A stretch of DNA of 63,877 nucleotides, counting the filler, from Octopus bimaculoides (taxonomy: Eukaryota), in the NCBI RefSeq assembly GCF_001194135.2. It is 10 parts of 9 records of this genome, joined end to end, with 100 filler letters (N's around TTAATTAATTAA, not from the genome) between each part and the next. Parts side by side here need not be neighbours in the genome. Positions count along the whole stretch, not along the records: positions 1 to 8,077 come from NC_068990.1; positions 8,178 to 11,268 come from NC_068987.1; 8 more parts are not named here. One strand, written 5' to 3'. The notes below the pieces were generated by a model. It did no database searches. It saw nothing but the letters and a program-made list of their open reading frames with translations, and had not been told where the DNA came from. Shown piece by piece: positions 1-11,368 of the stretch. Each line of letters opens with the position of its first letter. The stretch's first letter is position 1. Made by a program: the position numbers and the translations under genes.

Positions 1-58
<58 letters not shown>

Positions 59-823
59 ATATAGACTATATACATATAGATAGATAAATAGATATGTATG
101 TATGTCCATTGGTATATATGTATGCATGTATGTATGTATGTATGTATGTTTGTATGCATGTGTGTGAGCACCTATTTATCCAGAAGTACACACACATGAC
201 TATCTATATAACGCGATAAATAGATTAACGGATAGACAGGTAGATAGAAATATTTAAATATATAAATATATTTTATTTATATTAGTGTGAGTATACGTTT
301 ACATAAACATATACACTCACACAGGACTATATATATGTTCATATCTAACTATATATACGTTTAACTGTATATATATATGTATGTCCGTCTATGTTTCCCT
401 ATATATTCATATCTAACTATTAATACGTATATATGTATATATATGTATGTCCGTCTATGTTTCCATATGTATATATACACATTCGTGCACTCAAACTTGC
501 ACTCTCACATACTGACACAGACCTCAGACTATTTGAACTGTAAACAAGTTGTCAAATAAACAAGGATCAATAAATTAGATAGATTTTTACTGGATGTTTT
601 ATTCATTAAAAGATTGGACGTCCTTGATTTTATCTAATTTTATATAGGAAATTTTCAAAAATATTTTATAACGTTATTTTTCTTAAAGTTTTGTTATTTA
701 CAATTTGCTGAAGAGATTTTGCTATTTCTTTGTGAATTCTGTCTTATTGTCTTTACCTATTATTGCTCAAATTCATTAAGTCATTCATTATGTCTCTCCA
801 AAAGTTTTTAGGTTGTAGCTGTC

Positions 824-838
824 ATTATTATCATCATC

Positions 839-870
<32 letters not shown>

Positions 871-875
871 CATCA

Positions 876-945
<70 letters not shown>

Positions 946-950
946 CATCA
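824..950. repeat. (TTA/TCA)n trinucleotide microsatellite
   Basis: Directly visible. It produces the poly-Y and poly-N ORFs at 763-1015. Similar tracts lie at 1139-1217, 1789-1948, 2146-2280 and 2555-2700. Confidence 0.97.
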
Positions 951-956
951 TGTAAG

Positions 957-1136
957 TTGGCGAGCACGCCGAAATGCTTAGCATTATTTCGTCTGCAACT
1001 ACGTTCTGACTTCAAGTTCTGCCGAAACCGACTTTGCCTTTCATCCTTTCAGGGTCGATAAGCTGGGTACTTGGGGTCGATGTGACCGACTGCCCCCTCC
1101 TCACAAAATCCAGGCTTTGTGCCTATAGTAGAAAGA

Positions 1137-1217
<81 letters not shown>

Positions 1218-1430
1218 TAAATCGGCGAGCTGGCAGGATCGTTGGCAAGCCCGGGGAAAGGCCTAGCGCATTTCGTTTGTCCTTACATTCTGAGCGCAAG
1301 TTCCACAGTGGTCGACATTGCGTTTCATCCTTTCAGGGTCGATGAAATATGTACCAGCTACGCACTGCGATCGATATAATTGACTACCTCCGCCCACAAA
1401 ATGTCAGGCCTTCTACCTATTGTAGTAAGG
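957..1430 (+). mobile_element. Two tandem copies of an abundant SINE (family A, ...TTCTGAGTTCAAATTCCGCCGAGGTCGACTTTGCCTTTCATCC...) separated by an (ATT)n tail
   Basis: Copies at about 957-1138 and 1223-1430 align to each other and to more than 10 other copies in the window. The head carries a B-box-like GTTCAAATTCC. Confidence 0.85.
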
Positions 1431-1439
1431 ATTAGAGCG

Positions 1440-1780
1440 TCGAGCTTACGATCAGTGGTTAGAGCGTCGAGATTAGGATCATGAGGTCGTGAGTTTGAAT
1501 CCCGGACCGGGCTGCGCGTTGTGTTCTTGAGCGAGACACTTTATCTCACATTGCTCCAGTTCACTCTTTTGTAGAAATGATTTGCGACGTCACTGGTGCC
1601 ATGCTGTATCGGCCTTTGCCTTTCCCTTGGATAACACTGGTGGCGCGGAGAGGGGAGGCCGGTATGCATGGGTGACTGCTGGTCTTCCATAAACAACCTT
1701 CCCAGATTGTGCCTGGGAGGGTAACTTTCTAGGTGCAATCCCATGGTCATTCATGACCGAAGGGGGCGGGGGCGGTCTCA
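1440..1780 (+). mobile_element. tRNA-headed SINE (family C)
   Basis: A-box-like TGGTTAGAGCG and B-box-like GTTTGAATCCC are followed by CTTGAGCGAGACACTT...TTGCTCCAGT. That central block is shared with the copy at 18815-19125. Confidence 0.75.
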
Positions 1781-1788
1781 GCTCAGCA

Positions 1789-1872
<84 letters not shown>

Positions 1873-1894
1873 GTTATTATTATTATTATTATTA

Positions 1895-1948
<54 letters not shown>

Positions 1949-2140
1949 GAATCGTTAGCGCACCGGACGAAATGTTTAGCGCTATTTCGTGCGTCGTTAA
2001 GTTCTGAGTTCAAATTCCACCGAGGTCGACTTTACCTTTCATCTTTTCGGGATCGATCGAATAAGTACCAGCTGAAAACTGTAGTCGATGTAATCGACTC
2101 ATGCCCTCCCCCAAAATTACTACCTTTGTGATAAAACTTG
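1949..2140 (+). mobile_element. SINE family A copy, 5'-truncated
   Basis: Aligns to 957-1138 and retains its CpGs (CCGAGGTCGAC at 2020-2030). Confidence 0.85.
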
Positions 2141-2223
2141 AAGTCATTGTTATTATTATTATTATTATTATTATCATCATCATCATCATCATTATCATCA
2201 TCATCATCATCATCATCAACATT

Positions 2224-2258
<35 letters not shown>

Positions 2259-2274
2259 TATCTTCATCATTATC

Positions 2275-2552
2275 GTCATATCAATGAGGAGGCATGATTT
2301 TTGTCGGAAGTCTTTCAATATAATGCCTGACCTATTCCGATCTATCTATGCGTCAGTTTGAATAGTGAAGTTCCAGAGGAGGGAGATGTAATCATTTTCA
2401 AGCATTGGAGATGGTCTATGTTCCCACCAGTTCTTATCATGGGGCAGATGCAGGATTTTGTAAATTACCCAGTGAATATACTGTGCTACTCTATCTTTCC
2501 TGGTGAGATGCTGTGTAGGCGCAAGAAGACAGCACATGGAGACGATAGGCAA
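2275..2552 (-). mobile_element. R4/Dong-clade non-LTR retrotransposon fragment: zinc-knuckle end plus RLE start, decayed
   Basis: The minus-strand translation CCLLAPTQHLTRKDRVAQYIHW...WWEHRPSPMLENDYISLLWNFTIQTD*IDRNRSGIILKDFRQKSCLLIDMT matches the R4 pattern C..LA..EY..RHD.VA..IHW...WDF.IQTD...NRPDI.....CLLID. Confidence 0.85.
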
Positions 2553-2579
2553 CTACTAATAATACTAATAGTAATAATG

Positions 2580-2665
<86 letters not shown>

Positions 2666-2704
2666 GATGATAATAATAATAATTATTATCAAATAATAAT
2701 TATC

Positions 2705-3025
2705 AAAATTAGCAACAACACCAAAATCAACAGCGACACCACACCAGGATGAACAACGTCACCAAAATGAACAATTACATTAAAATGAACATACGACACC
2801 AGAATGAACAATGATTCCAGGAGAATAATGACACCAGAATGAGCAACGACACCAAAATAACCAACGGCACTAAGATGAACAAACGACACTAAAATGAACA
2901 AACGACACCAAAATGAACAACAAAATTAACAGCGACACCAGAATTAACAACGACGCCAGAATGAACTACGCCACCAAAGTGAACAATAACACCAGTATGA
3001 ACAACGACACCAAAATGAACATCAA
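2705..3025. repeat. Degenerate minisatellite, unit of about 17-18 bp (ATGAACAACGACACCAAA-like)
   Basis: GAACAACGACACCA(A/G)AAT variants recur throughout the interval. Confidence 0.85.
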
Positions 3026-3029
3026 AACA

Positions 3030-3720
3030 AACATTTGTTCCCACCTATGAGCCAATTCTTCAAACGCCTTTTCCTTTGCTATTGATGTCACCTTCTTTGC
3101 AACTACTGTGGCCGCATTTCCATCATGTTGTTCAACCTGGGTGTTATGCATAAACTCACTTGAACATTTTTTGCTCTTCTTCATAACAGGATGAAGTTTC
3201 TTACATCTTTCTTGGTTTTCAACAAGATTTAGCATCCAGTCGTTAGATGTTTCAAGATATTTTGCCAATCCGATTGTAGTGGTTTTATAAAAGATTGGAT
3301 GAAGCCTCGACCTCCTTGAGCTCTGAGCATATAAAGACAATCTGCATCCTTTGGATAGTGCATCTTATTGCAAGTCAGCAGCTTTCGGATTTTGCTGTCA
3401 GTTTTCCTTATTTCGCTCTTATTCCATTTCAACACATTGAAACTGTAAATAACAACCGGAACTGCTAATGAATTTTATAGCTAACACCGTGTTACGTACT
3501 TTTAACTCGGATATAACGAATATTAACTCGGATATAACGAATATTAACTCGGATATTACGAATGCTCGAACTCTCGAGCAACATTCCTTCCTGATCTCTT
3601 TCATGCTTGCATGCTGAATGCCAGAGCCTACGTTTATTCCCATGTATTTGTAAGTTTGTTCCTATTCGAGTTCTTTTATGCCTGTGTCAACATCCAACAC
3701 CACTGAATGTGAGGTCTTCA
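3030..3720 (-). mobile_element. R4/Dong-clade LINE fragment: end of RT and thumb region, frameshifted
   Basis: The minus strand reads QTYKYMGINVGSGIQHASMKEIRKE, WNKSEIRKTDSKIRKLLTCNKMHYPK.ADCLYMLRAQGGRG and YKTTTIGLAKYL. These match the R4 YKYLG and HHPKADVDRLYLPR..GGRGL motifs. Probably the same element as 2275-2552. Confidence 0.88.
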
Positions 3721-3867
3721 ATCTCCTGTATAATTGCGAATATGCATTATTTCCCCTATTTTGCAGGGTATTTTTAGTTTCGTACGAAACAACCCTCTGT
3801 TCGATAGTATCGTAGAATTTCGTTCGAGTTATTGAGAATTAGATACAAGCAGCGGTAGACGCAAGGG

Positions 3868-3975
3868 TGTAGCTGTATACTATAGACATTTGTTTCTGAA
3901 CCACATGGTTCCTGGTTCATCCTTACTGAGTGGCACCTTTAGCAGGTGTCTTCTACTATAACTTCGGATATATAT
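3868..3975 (+). mobile_element. SINE family B 5' part (...CCACATGGTTCCGGGTTCAGTCCCACTG.GTGGCACCTTG...)
   Basis: Aligns to copies at 36366, 45575, 59528 and 63108. Confidence 0.75.
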
Positions 3976-4138
3976 ANNNNNNNNNNNNNNNNNNNNNNNN
4001 NNNNNNNNNNNNNNNNNNNNNNNNNNNNNNNNNNNNNNNNNNNNNNNNNNNNNNNNNNNNNNNNNNNNNNNNNNNNNNNNNNNNNNNNNNNNNNNNNNNN
4101 NNNNNNNNNNNNNNNNNNNNNNNNNNNNNNNNNATATA

Positions 4139-4184
<46 letters not shown>

Positions 4185-4306
4185 AACATATACATATATA
4201 TATATAAACATATATATGCATATGTATATACATACTTATATATGCATTTATGAATATGTATATATATATACATATATGCATATATATATATGTATATGTA
4301 TATATT

Positions 4307-4348
<42 letters not shown>

Positions 4349-4454
4349 CATACACACATATATTCATCTCTATATATAGGTATAAATATGTATTCGCTAC
4401 GTATGTGCGACTTTGTGTTTGTGCCCCTAACGGTATTACTCTGTTACGTCTCTG

Positions 4455-4600
4455 TAACCTAGCAAGTCAGCAAAAGCGATGATAGAATAAGTACTAGACT
4501 TAAAATGCATAACTGTTGAAGTCGATTTGCTGGCTGAACCACTCAAGGAGGGGGCTCCATTATGGCTGCAAACCAATGACTGTAGGAAGTAAAAGATGAA
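4455..4600 (+). mobile_element. SINE family F 3' portion (...GTCGATTTG...GCTCCA..ATGG...GACTG tail)
   Basis: The same tail appears inverted at about 5893-5936 and fused to U6 at 19498-19560. Confidence 0.6.
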
Positions 4601-4736
4601 ATATAATTCTCTGTCCACCGTTTTCTCTTTCCTTGTTTCACTATTGGAAAAATTAGAAAAGAAACTCATTGTTTCGGTGTTTACTGAAAATTGCAAAAAC
4701 AATTCATTACAAAAAGTGTTAAAGAAAATCTCTTAC

Positions 4737-4880
4737 CCTATGCAATGAAAAAGTTGTCAAATACATCAGATCCGTTTTTATTGTCCAAACAATTCTTGCC
4801 ATAGAAATTTTGTTTAAATCTCCAGGAACCAACTTTGTGAAAAGAACGACTTCTATATATCTCAGAAATTTGTTGATGGA
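4737..4880 (-). CDS. Candidate isolated coding exon, product unknown
   Basis: 144 nt, phase 0/0, bounded by ccacattAG and GTAAGA, with the stop-free translation SINKFLRYIEVVLFTKLVPGDLNKISMARIVWTIKTDLMYLTTFSLHR. I recognise no homolog. Confidence 0.2.
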
Positions 4881-5989
4881 CTAATGTGGCATACAGGAAT
4901 TCCATTTTATAAGTTACTTGATAACTTAAAAATAATCAATTAATATCTTTAGTTTGAAGTTTTCAACATAAGTATGAAATTTAGCAACAATGTCATAACT
5001 AAAAAAAAAAGGGTAAAAATGTATTTTATATATATTAAAACAAAAGAGTTATTAAAATAAATAGCAATATTTCCAATAATGAAACCAAATAAAGGAAAGA
5101 CAATTAGGACCTCGAATAGTCAATAGTACTCATGAACGAATGCTTTACAAGTTATCAAGTGTTTGCTTCGTCATATTTCGTGAAAATAAATTTTCAATAC
5201 ATTTTTAGAATTTACCGTCGCATTCAAAGTAAAATCTTCAATCAAAGTAGACAGCTTTAATTTAAAGCTAAAGCTGTATCACAGTAAACACTGTTTTTTA
5301 TAATATATATATACATACATATATATATGTATNNNNNNNNNNNNNNNNNNNNNNNNNNNNNNNNNNNNNNNNNNNNNNNNNNNNNNNNNNNNNNNNNNNN
5401 NNNNNNNNNNNNNNNNNNNNNNNNNNNNNNNNNNNNNNNNNNNNNNNNNNNNNNNNNNNNNNNNNNNNNNNNNNNNNNNNNNNNNNNNNNNNNNNNNNNN
5501 NNNNNNNNNNNNNNNNNNNNNNNNNNNNNNNNNNNNNNNNNNNNNNNNNNNNNNNNNNNNNNNNNNNNNNNNNNNNNNNNNNNNNNNNNNNNNNNNNNNN
5601 NNNNNNNNNNNNNNNNNNNNNNNNNNNNNNNNNNNNNNNNNNNNNNNNNNNNNNNNNNNNNNNNNNNNNNNNNNNNNNNNNNNNNNNNNNNNNNNNNNNN
5701 NNNNNNNNNNNNNNNNNNNNNNNNNNNNNNNNNNNNNNNNNNNNNNNNNNNNNNNNNNNNNNNNNNNNNNNNNNNNNNNNNNNNNNNNNNNNNNNNNNNN
5801 NNNNNNNNNNNNNNNNNNNNNNNNNNNNNNNNNNNNNNNNNNNNNNNNNNNNNNNNNNNNNNNNNNNNTATATATATATAATTTATTTATTTATGGGTTT
5901 CAGCCAAGTGGCTGTGGTCATGCTGGAGCACCACCGTGATTTTCTGTCTTTATGCTTTGCTCTCTTCACGTTCCTTGCATGGCTCTTCT

Positions 5990-6345
5990 CCTGCACCTGA
6001 TATAGTCCAATCAAGAGTTTTGATGGCACATCTGGTGTATAAGAGATATCCTAGCGTACATATAGCTAGACTTGAAAGGTACACCAAACACCGAAATGGA
6101 CGGCACTGCATAGTACCAAAGATCCCATCTTCATCCTCTATCACAGGGACCCAGTATTGTAGCAGCTTAGATTTTAAGGGTCCACTACTGTTCCACATTC
6201 TTCCCAAATAACTTTGTTTGGTGAAGATGTGAATGTCTTCAGAGAACTTCAGCACAAATTTTCATGAAAGCGCCTCGCTGTGAGAATCCCAACGTTCTCT
6301 TTGAACTGAAGCATATAGAAAACAAATTCACTGAACTCTGGCCAA
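5990..6345 (+). mobile_element. CR1-type LINE 3' ORF fragment
   Basis: HRNGRHCIVPKIPS...YCSSLDFKGPLLFHILPK resembles the post-RT C-terminus of invertebrate CR1-group LINEs (GR.C.VP...F.GP.LFN.LP). Confidence 0.6.
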
Positions 6346-6582
6346 AGCCAAAAGTTCGTTTTCTATGTTTTCGTTTCTCATTGTGCTTAACGTATTTTTT
6401 TGATGTCCTGTACCCATATATCCATGTATGTATACATATAGATGTACATATATGTATGGATATATGCATATATTTATATATTTTTTATATTATTATATGA
6501 TCGAACGCCACGCATCCTTTTCCATGTAAGTTTTATATATATATAGCATACGTTGCCTAGCTTGCGTATCCTCTGATTTAAT

Positions 6583-6730
6583 AATTACTCAACTTGAGAT
6601 ACTCTGCTAGCTACTTATTGCGCCGAAGATACCTTAATTACATGAAGATTACATTGTCGATTGAGAATCTTATAATTAAGGTATCTTCCGGCTGATAAAT
6701 AGCTGAGTGAGTATCCGTCGTTGAGTAATT
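6583..6730. repeat. Imperfect palindrome of about 148 bp, MITE-like
   Basis: The arm AATTACTCAAC..GATACTC..AGCTA..GCCG.AAGATACCTTAATT and its reverse complement flank a centre of about 35 nt. Confidence 0.8.
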
Positions 6731-7670
6731 TTCACATGAGAGTATGTGGTAGCTACTAAGCATATGTAATTAGGTTTTTACCAGCTGCATTCCTTCAGTT
6801 AAAAATTTCATTTGCAACTACAATTCATAGCAACTGTAGTTGGTAACTGTGAGCTACACATTTTTTTAATTTGTCGAATTTCGCTTTAGGAAAACCTCAC
6901 AAGCTTTGACACCAAAAAATTTTATTGCTCTTGAACGCTGTATTTTATACCAACGACGGACAGATCGAAGATTACAAACTTCCTACACTTAGATTCTTGG
7001 AGCATACACTTAGATTCTTGGAGCAGGAGGTGGTTTGTGTTTTATCTCTAGATCAATGGCCGGACAAGTGAAAATATTTTTTAATATGTGTTTTGGGCAA
7101 AGGGATCTTTTGAGTTATAAGAACATCTTGACCAGCAGCCGGTCCATTCAAGATGGTTGCCTGTAAAACTTAGGAGTATAAATTTTGATTATCATGCACG
7201 TGCCCTTACACATTATTGAAATAAAGAGAGAGAGAAATAACTGAAATTTTCCATTCAGTTTTTGTAGTGAGTGAATGTGTGAGTGATTGACAGAGAAAAA
7301 CCGAGAGAGAGAGAGAGAGAGTAATTATTTATGTATGTATGTATGTATGTATGTATGAATGGCTTCATTGACATGCACTCACATACACACACGCAGGTTG
7401 TTTTAATCGATTTTCTCGGTACCTATGGGGGCTAGGAAAAAATACAAAGCGCATTCTAATCTATGCACCCGTCCCCACATGTGTGCCATTTTGAACGTGA
7501 ATCCACCCACCCGTTTGGCCGTAAACGTCGAGACAAGAAAGAATACAACGGTCGCCCATGTTCAATTTATATTATAGATATAAGCATGCACAAACAAACA
7601 CACACATTCACTCACACGCACACGCACTCTAGGAAACATGTGTAGATGAAGTCGAAAAGGTAGTATTCGA

Positions 7671-7702
<32 letters not shown>

Positions 7703-8030
7703 GTATATGTATGTATGTATGTATGTATGTATGCATGTATGTATGTATATGGTGCGGGTGCGTATGTATTTATGTATATAGTAAATAATTGATGGGGAAG
7801 GGAGAATGTACCGTAAGCTTTATTTAGCACGACGATCGTTTCGGCTTACATCTGCAATGCTTCCTTGTAGATGGGGACGATGTAATAGAATTGAATGCAC
7901 CCCACAGCGCAGAGGATCTCACAGTATTTCGTTTTATATTTCAAATATTTAAAATGTTATCTATGAGTTATTCTTTAGATGTAAGTGCAAAACTATGTAC
8001 TCGTCATTTCCTGCTTATATACGTACAAAA

Positions 8031-8077
<47 letters not shown>

Positions 8078-8177
8078 NNNNNNNNNNNNNNNNNNNNNNN
8101 NNNNNNNNNNNNNNNNNNNNNTTAATTAATTAANNNNNNNNNNNNNNNNNNNNNNNNNNNNNNNNNNNNNNNNNNNN
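8078..8177. other. Artificial scaffold-joining spacer (44N-TTAATTAATTAA-44N)
   Basis: Exactly 100 bp with a palindromic core that has stops in all six frames. Identical at nine sites. Confidence 0.97.
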
Positions 8178-8217
8178 TATATATATATATATATATATGT
8201 GTGTGCACAGAGTTTCC

Positions 8218-8466
8218 TTAATACATATCAGAAAGCGTACGTCCTTCAGTAAAACACCTGGAGATATTAGAAGCTACCACGTAAGCATCATTTCCATCTT
8301 CGGCTTTAAATGTTTGATTCCTAAACTTCCAGGAGTTGAAATAACAAAAATTATGTTTCGCATACAAACATCCAATAATAATATCACAGGCTGTACCAGT
8401 GAATATATTGGTTATCTTATTGATGTATAGTGCAAAAGGAAAACAATGTGTAATTATATAAACAAA
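8218..8466 (-). CDS. Candidate terminal coding exon, product unknown
   Basis: Acceptor catttctgttccatcAG, then 82 stop-free codons FVYIITHCFPFALY...FCYFNSWKFRNQTFKAEDGNDAYVVASNISRCFTEGRTLSDMY and TAA. Confidence 0.33.
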   Translation of the reverse strand, partial: FVYIITHCFPFALYINKITNIFTGTACDIIIGCLYAKHNFCYFNSWKFRNQTFKAEDGNDAYVVASNISRCFTEGRTLSDMY

Positions 8467-8788
8467 CTGATGGAACAGAAATGTTTTCTCCTTTAGGGCA
8501 CATCTTCACAATGTTCCATATGGTTACAATAGATAAAACATGATGCACTGACATGAGTATATGATATAAACTAGATTCATGATTAATATATTCATTGTAT
8601 TGGATAGACCCCAAGATAACATGCATGAATTATATAATCACCTATACACAACTCCTTATTAACATTCAACTTAAAGGAATGTGTAAATAAAGTTGTAGCA
8701 AAAGAATTCCTCCATTTTTAGCTTTCAGGAAAATAACAGTTACACTTGATCTGTTTGTAGAAAGACATAAATAAATTCATATACTCAC

Positions 8789-9810
8789 ATGGAGACAACG
8801 AATGCCGAGGCAATATCTCCTATAACAACATTTAGATTTTCTTTCATAAGCACAAAGCGCCGAATAAAGAGATATGCAAAATAAAATAAGCAGTATTTAA
8901 TAATGGTTACTTCAAGAAATTAATAGAGTAATCAATACAACTACAAAATCACAAATGCAATGCAAAAAATAGATCAGACATCACAATAAAAAGGAAGCAA
9001 ATCACTGCTAAAGTGTATTACGCGTATCAAAAAGCGTAGATGACCACATTTACAAAATATCCTCGCAAAGTAGGTACAATGCGTGTACAACAAAGCATAA
9101 ACTGCAATTAATTATAAGTTGCGAAACACTAAAATTACAAAGTTAGTCAATAACAACATTTAAACATGCAAACAAGTTACTCATATTCTGCCATTAGATT
9201 GTGGCCATAGTAAGGCACTTCTTTGAAGGGCTTAGTAGGCCAAAGCATCCCCAGTACTAATTCTGTTTTAGCCTGGTACTTACCATATGGTTCAATTTTT
9301 CTTAATCGCTAAGTTACGGAAACGTAGACAAGCCACCACCGATTGATGAAGTAAAGTGGGGACAAACATAAATTCACGTACAAACACAAACACCCTTCCA
9401 TGTATAAACATACATACATTGCCTAAATAGCAATCTTGGGAGACTAGGCTTCTCAAAACCAGAAAGGAGAAAGCTAATTCCAAGATCCAATCCATCACAG
9501 GAACTGTAAAAATCTGTAAAACTTTCCAGAAGTCAATCATTTAGATATATATGAGCATGTCTTGATATGTAACTATATGCATGAGAATACATACATAAAA
9601 CATTGAAATTTGCATATACATACATACATACATACATACATGCATGAATGCATGCATACATAAATGCATGCATACATACAAACAAACATACATACATGCA
9701 TACATACATCCAAAAATACCCCGTTGTTGATGTTGAAATTCCAGTGAAGGAACTTTGGATCTAGGTTAGAAACCGGTTCTTTCTCTATTGGCAAGAAATC
9801 TTGAAATAAA
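8789..9810 (-). CDS. Candidate spliced gene, four phase-compatible exons (9720-9810, 9418-9513, 9284-9308, 8789-8819), product unknown
   Basis: GT-AG boundaries with donors GTATTT, GTATGT, GTAAGT and GTGAGT join into one frame: LFQDFLPIEKEPVSNLDPKFLHWNFNINNG/IFTVPVMDWILELAFSFLVLRSLVSQDCYLGN/RLRKIEPY/GDIASAFVVS. I recognise no homolog. Confidence 0.33.
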
Positions 9811-11268
9811 CTGAATAATGACATGCATACACACACACACACATACATACATACATACATAAATTCATTCATACATACATACATACACACACATACATAC
9901 ATACATACATACATACATACATACATACATACATACATGCATACATATATATATATGTGCATGGTGTTTTTAAATTAGTCATGGTCTGGACAAATTGTGT
10001 CCGATATTGTCTAAGTATTTAATTAAACGTTGCGCTTCTACACTGTTTATTTCTACCAAATACACTCATTAGTTGGTCCGGGAATTTAGTAGAAGACATT
10101 TGCCGAAAGTGTTACTCACTATAGCGAAACCGGAACCCACGTTGTTCTCAAGCGAAGTTTCTAAACAAACGGCTATAGCTGGATAATCATATTTTTTTTA
10201 TTACAAACAGGTAAGATGTAAATGACAAGATTTTAGACCATTTTATTAGCCATACCCACTCCTGCTCTCTGACAATAAACCCACAGAATCAATTGCCATG
10301 CTCTATACAAAACCACATATAATTTTTGAAAATGATGATTGAAATTAGAAGCAACATTTGGTTAGAAGGGCTTGAGAGGAGAAACACCCGTCAGGGAAGT
10401 GTTACGGCCGTTAACACTTAACACTGTAAGGAGGCCGGGCCACAGCAGGTCATGACGCCTGTGTGCCCTTCTGCTGAAACTTTTTAGCCACCTGAATATT
10501 GGAGTTTTGTGTTTCTAAATCGCCCCGAGGATTCATCTAGTTCTAACTTCTTTCCGTTGACTCAACTTTCAAACTTATACTTAAAGAAGAAACTACGTTG
10601 ATGGTCATGCTAGCATCTCGACTCACTCAGAGTTACTTCCCTTCGCGTCAAAACTATTCACATGCAGACATGTTATTTACACATACGAAACAAACACTTG
10701 ACTGATGACGTAGAAATATAACATACAATCGTACAGCTAATGTGTGTGCCAGTCACACTGAGAAAGCCTTCAATAACGAGGTAATAACGTAAGCTCATAG
10801 CACCTCATTAAAAAGATGAAACTATGATGGTGAAGCGAGGTTACTTATTCGTGTAAGATCTTTTTTATTCCTTCCAGTCTAGAAAGAATTTATGCAAAAA
10901 AAGAGAAAGAACACAATAAATAAATGTCACTGACGTATTTTCTATAAAATATGTTCGTGTTTGTGCAAGTTTGCTCGTATGCTTTATGTGTTTGTGTATT
11001 TATGTGCGTGCGTACTGCGTATGTGCGTTTGCATATGCGCATTTATAATGACATGAAGTTCTTGTACAGCGAGAACAAAAAAAAATGAGACCATAGAAGC
11101 AATGATGTACACGACCGTTCTGGAAGTTTTTGGCGATGATTTTGTTTCCTATGAGAGAGGATTCTGAAAATGATTAAATATATAAATATGCTTTAAAGGA
11201 ATTACAAAATACATGATACATACATACGTACGTATATACATACATGCATATATATATATATATATATA

Positions 11269-11368
11269 NNNNNNNNNNNNNNNNNNNNNNNNNNNNNNNN
11301 NNNNNNNNNNNNTTAATTAATTAANNNNNNNNNNNNNNNNNNNNNNNNNNNNNNNNNNNNNNNNNNNN
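11269..11368. other. Artificial scaffold-joining spacer
   Basis: 44N-TTAATTAATTAA-44N. Confidence 0.97.

Noticed and set aside
1450-1510. tRNA-like A and B boxes (also at 18815, 45590 and 59530)
   Set aside because: There is no complete cloverleaf or acceptor stem. They are SINE heads and not tRNA genes.
763-2696. ORFs rich in poly-Y, I, N, L or M, with many similar ORFs elsewhere (poly-V/A/T/H/D/S and YI, CV, TH, ER dipeptides)
   Set aside because: They are translations of di- and trinucleotide microsatellites that happen to lack stops in some frames. There is no domain content.
2705-3025. Tandem array as a CRISPR locus
   Set aside because: The units are contiguous and degenerate with no unique spacers, the context is eukaryotic, and there are no cas genes.
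8122-8133. Recurrent palindrome TTAATTAATTAA as a regulatory motif or CRISPR-like repeat
   Set aside because: It is always centred in exactly 44 N on each side, so it is an artificial linker.
9418-9503. Alternative frame CDGLDLGISF resembling the GH18 chitinase motif FDGLDLDWEY
   Set aside because: The catalytic DxDxE is absent, the frame does not join the neighbouring exons, and the motif order is wrong relative to the CYF..W-like string.
10702-10716. CTGATGA-CGTA-GAAA hammerhead-like core
   Set aside because: Only 4 nt lie between the core strands, so no stem II can form, and there is no stem III or NUH site.
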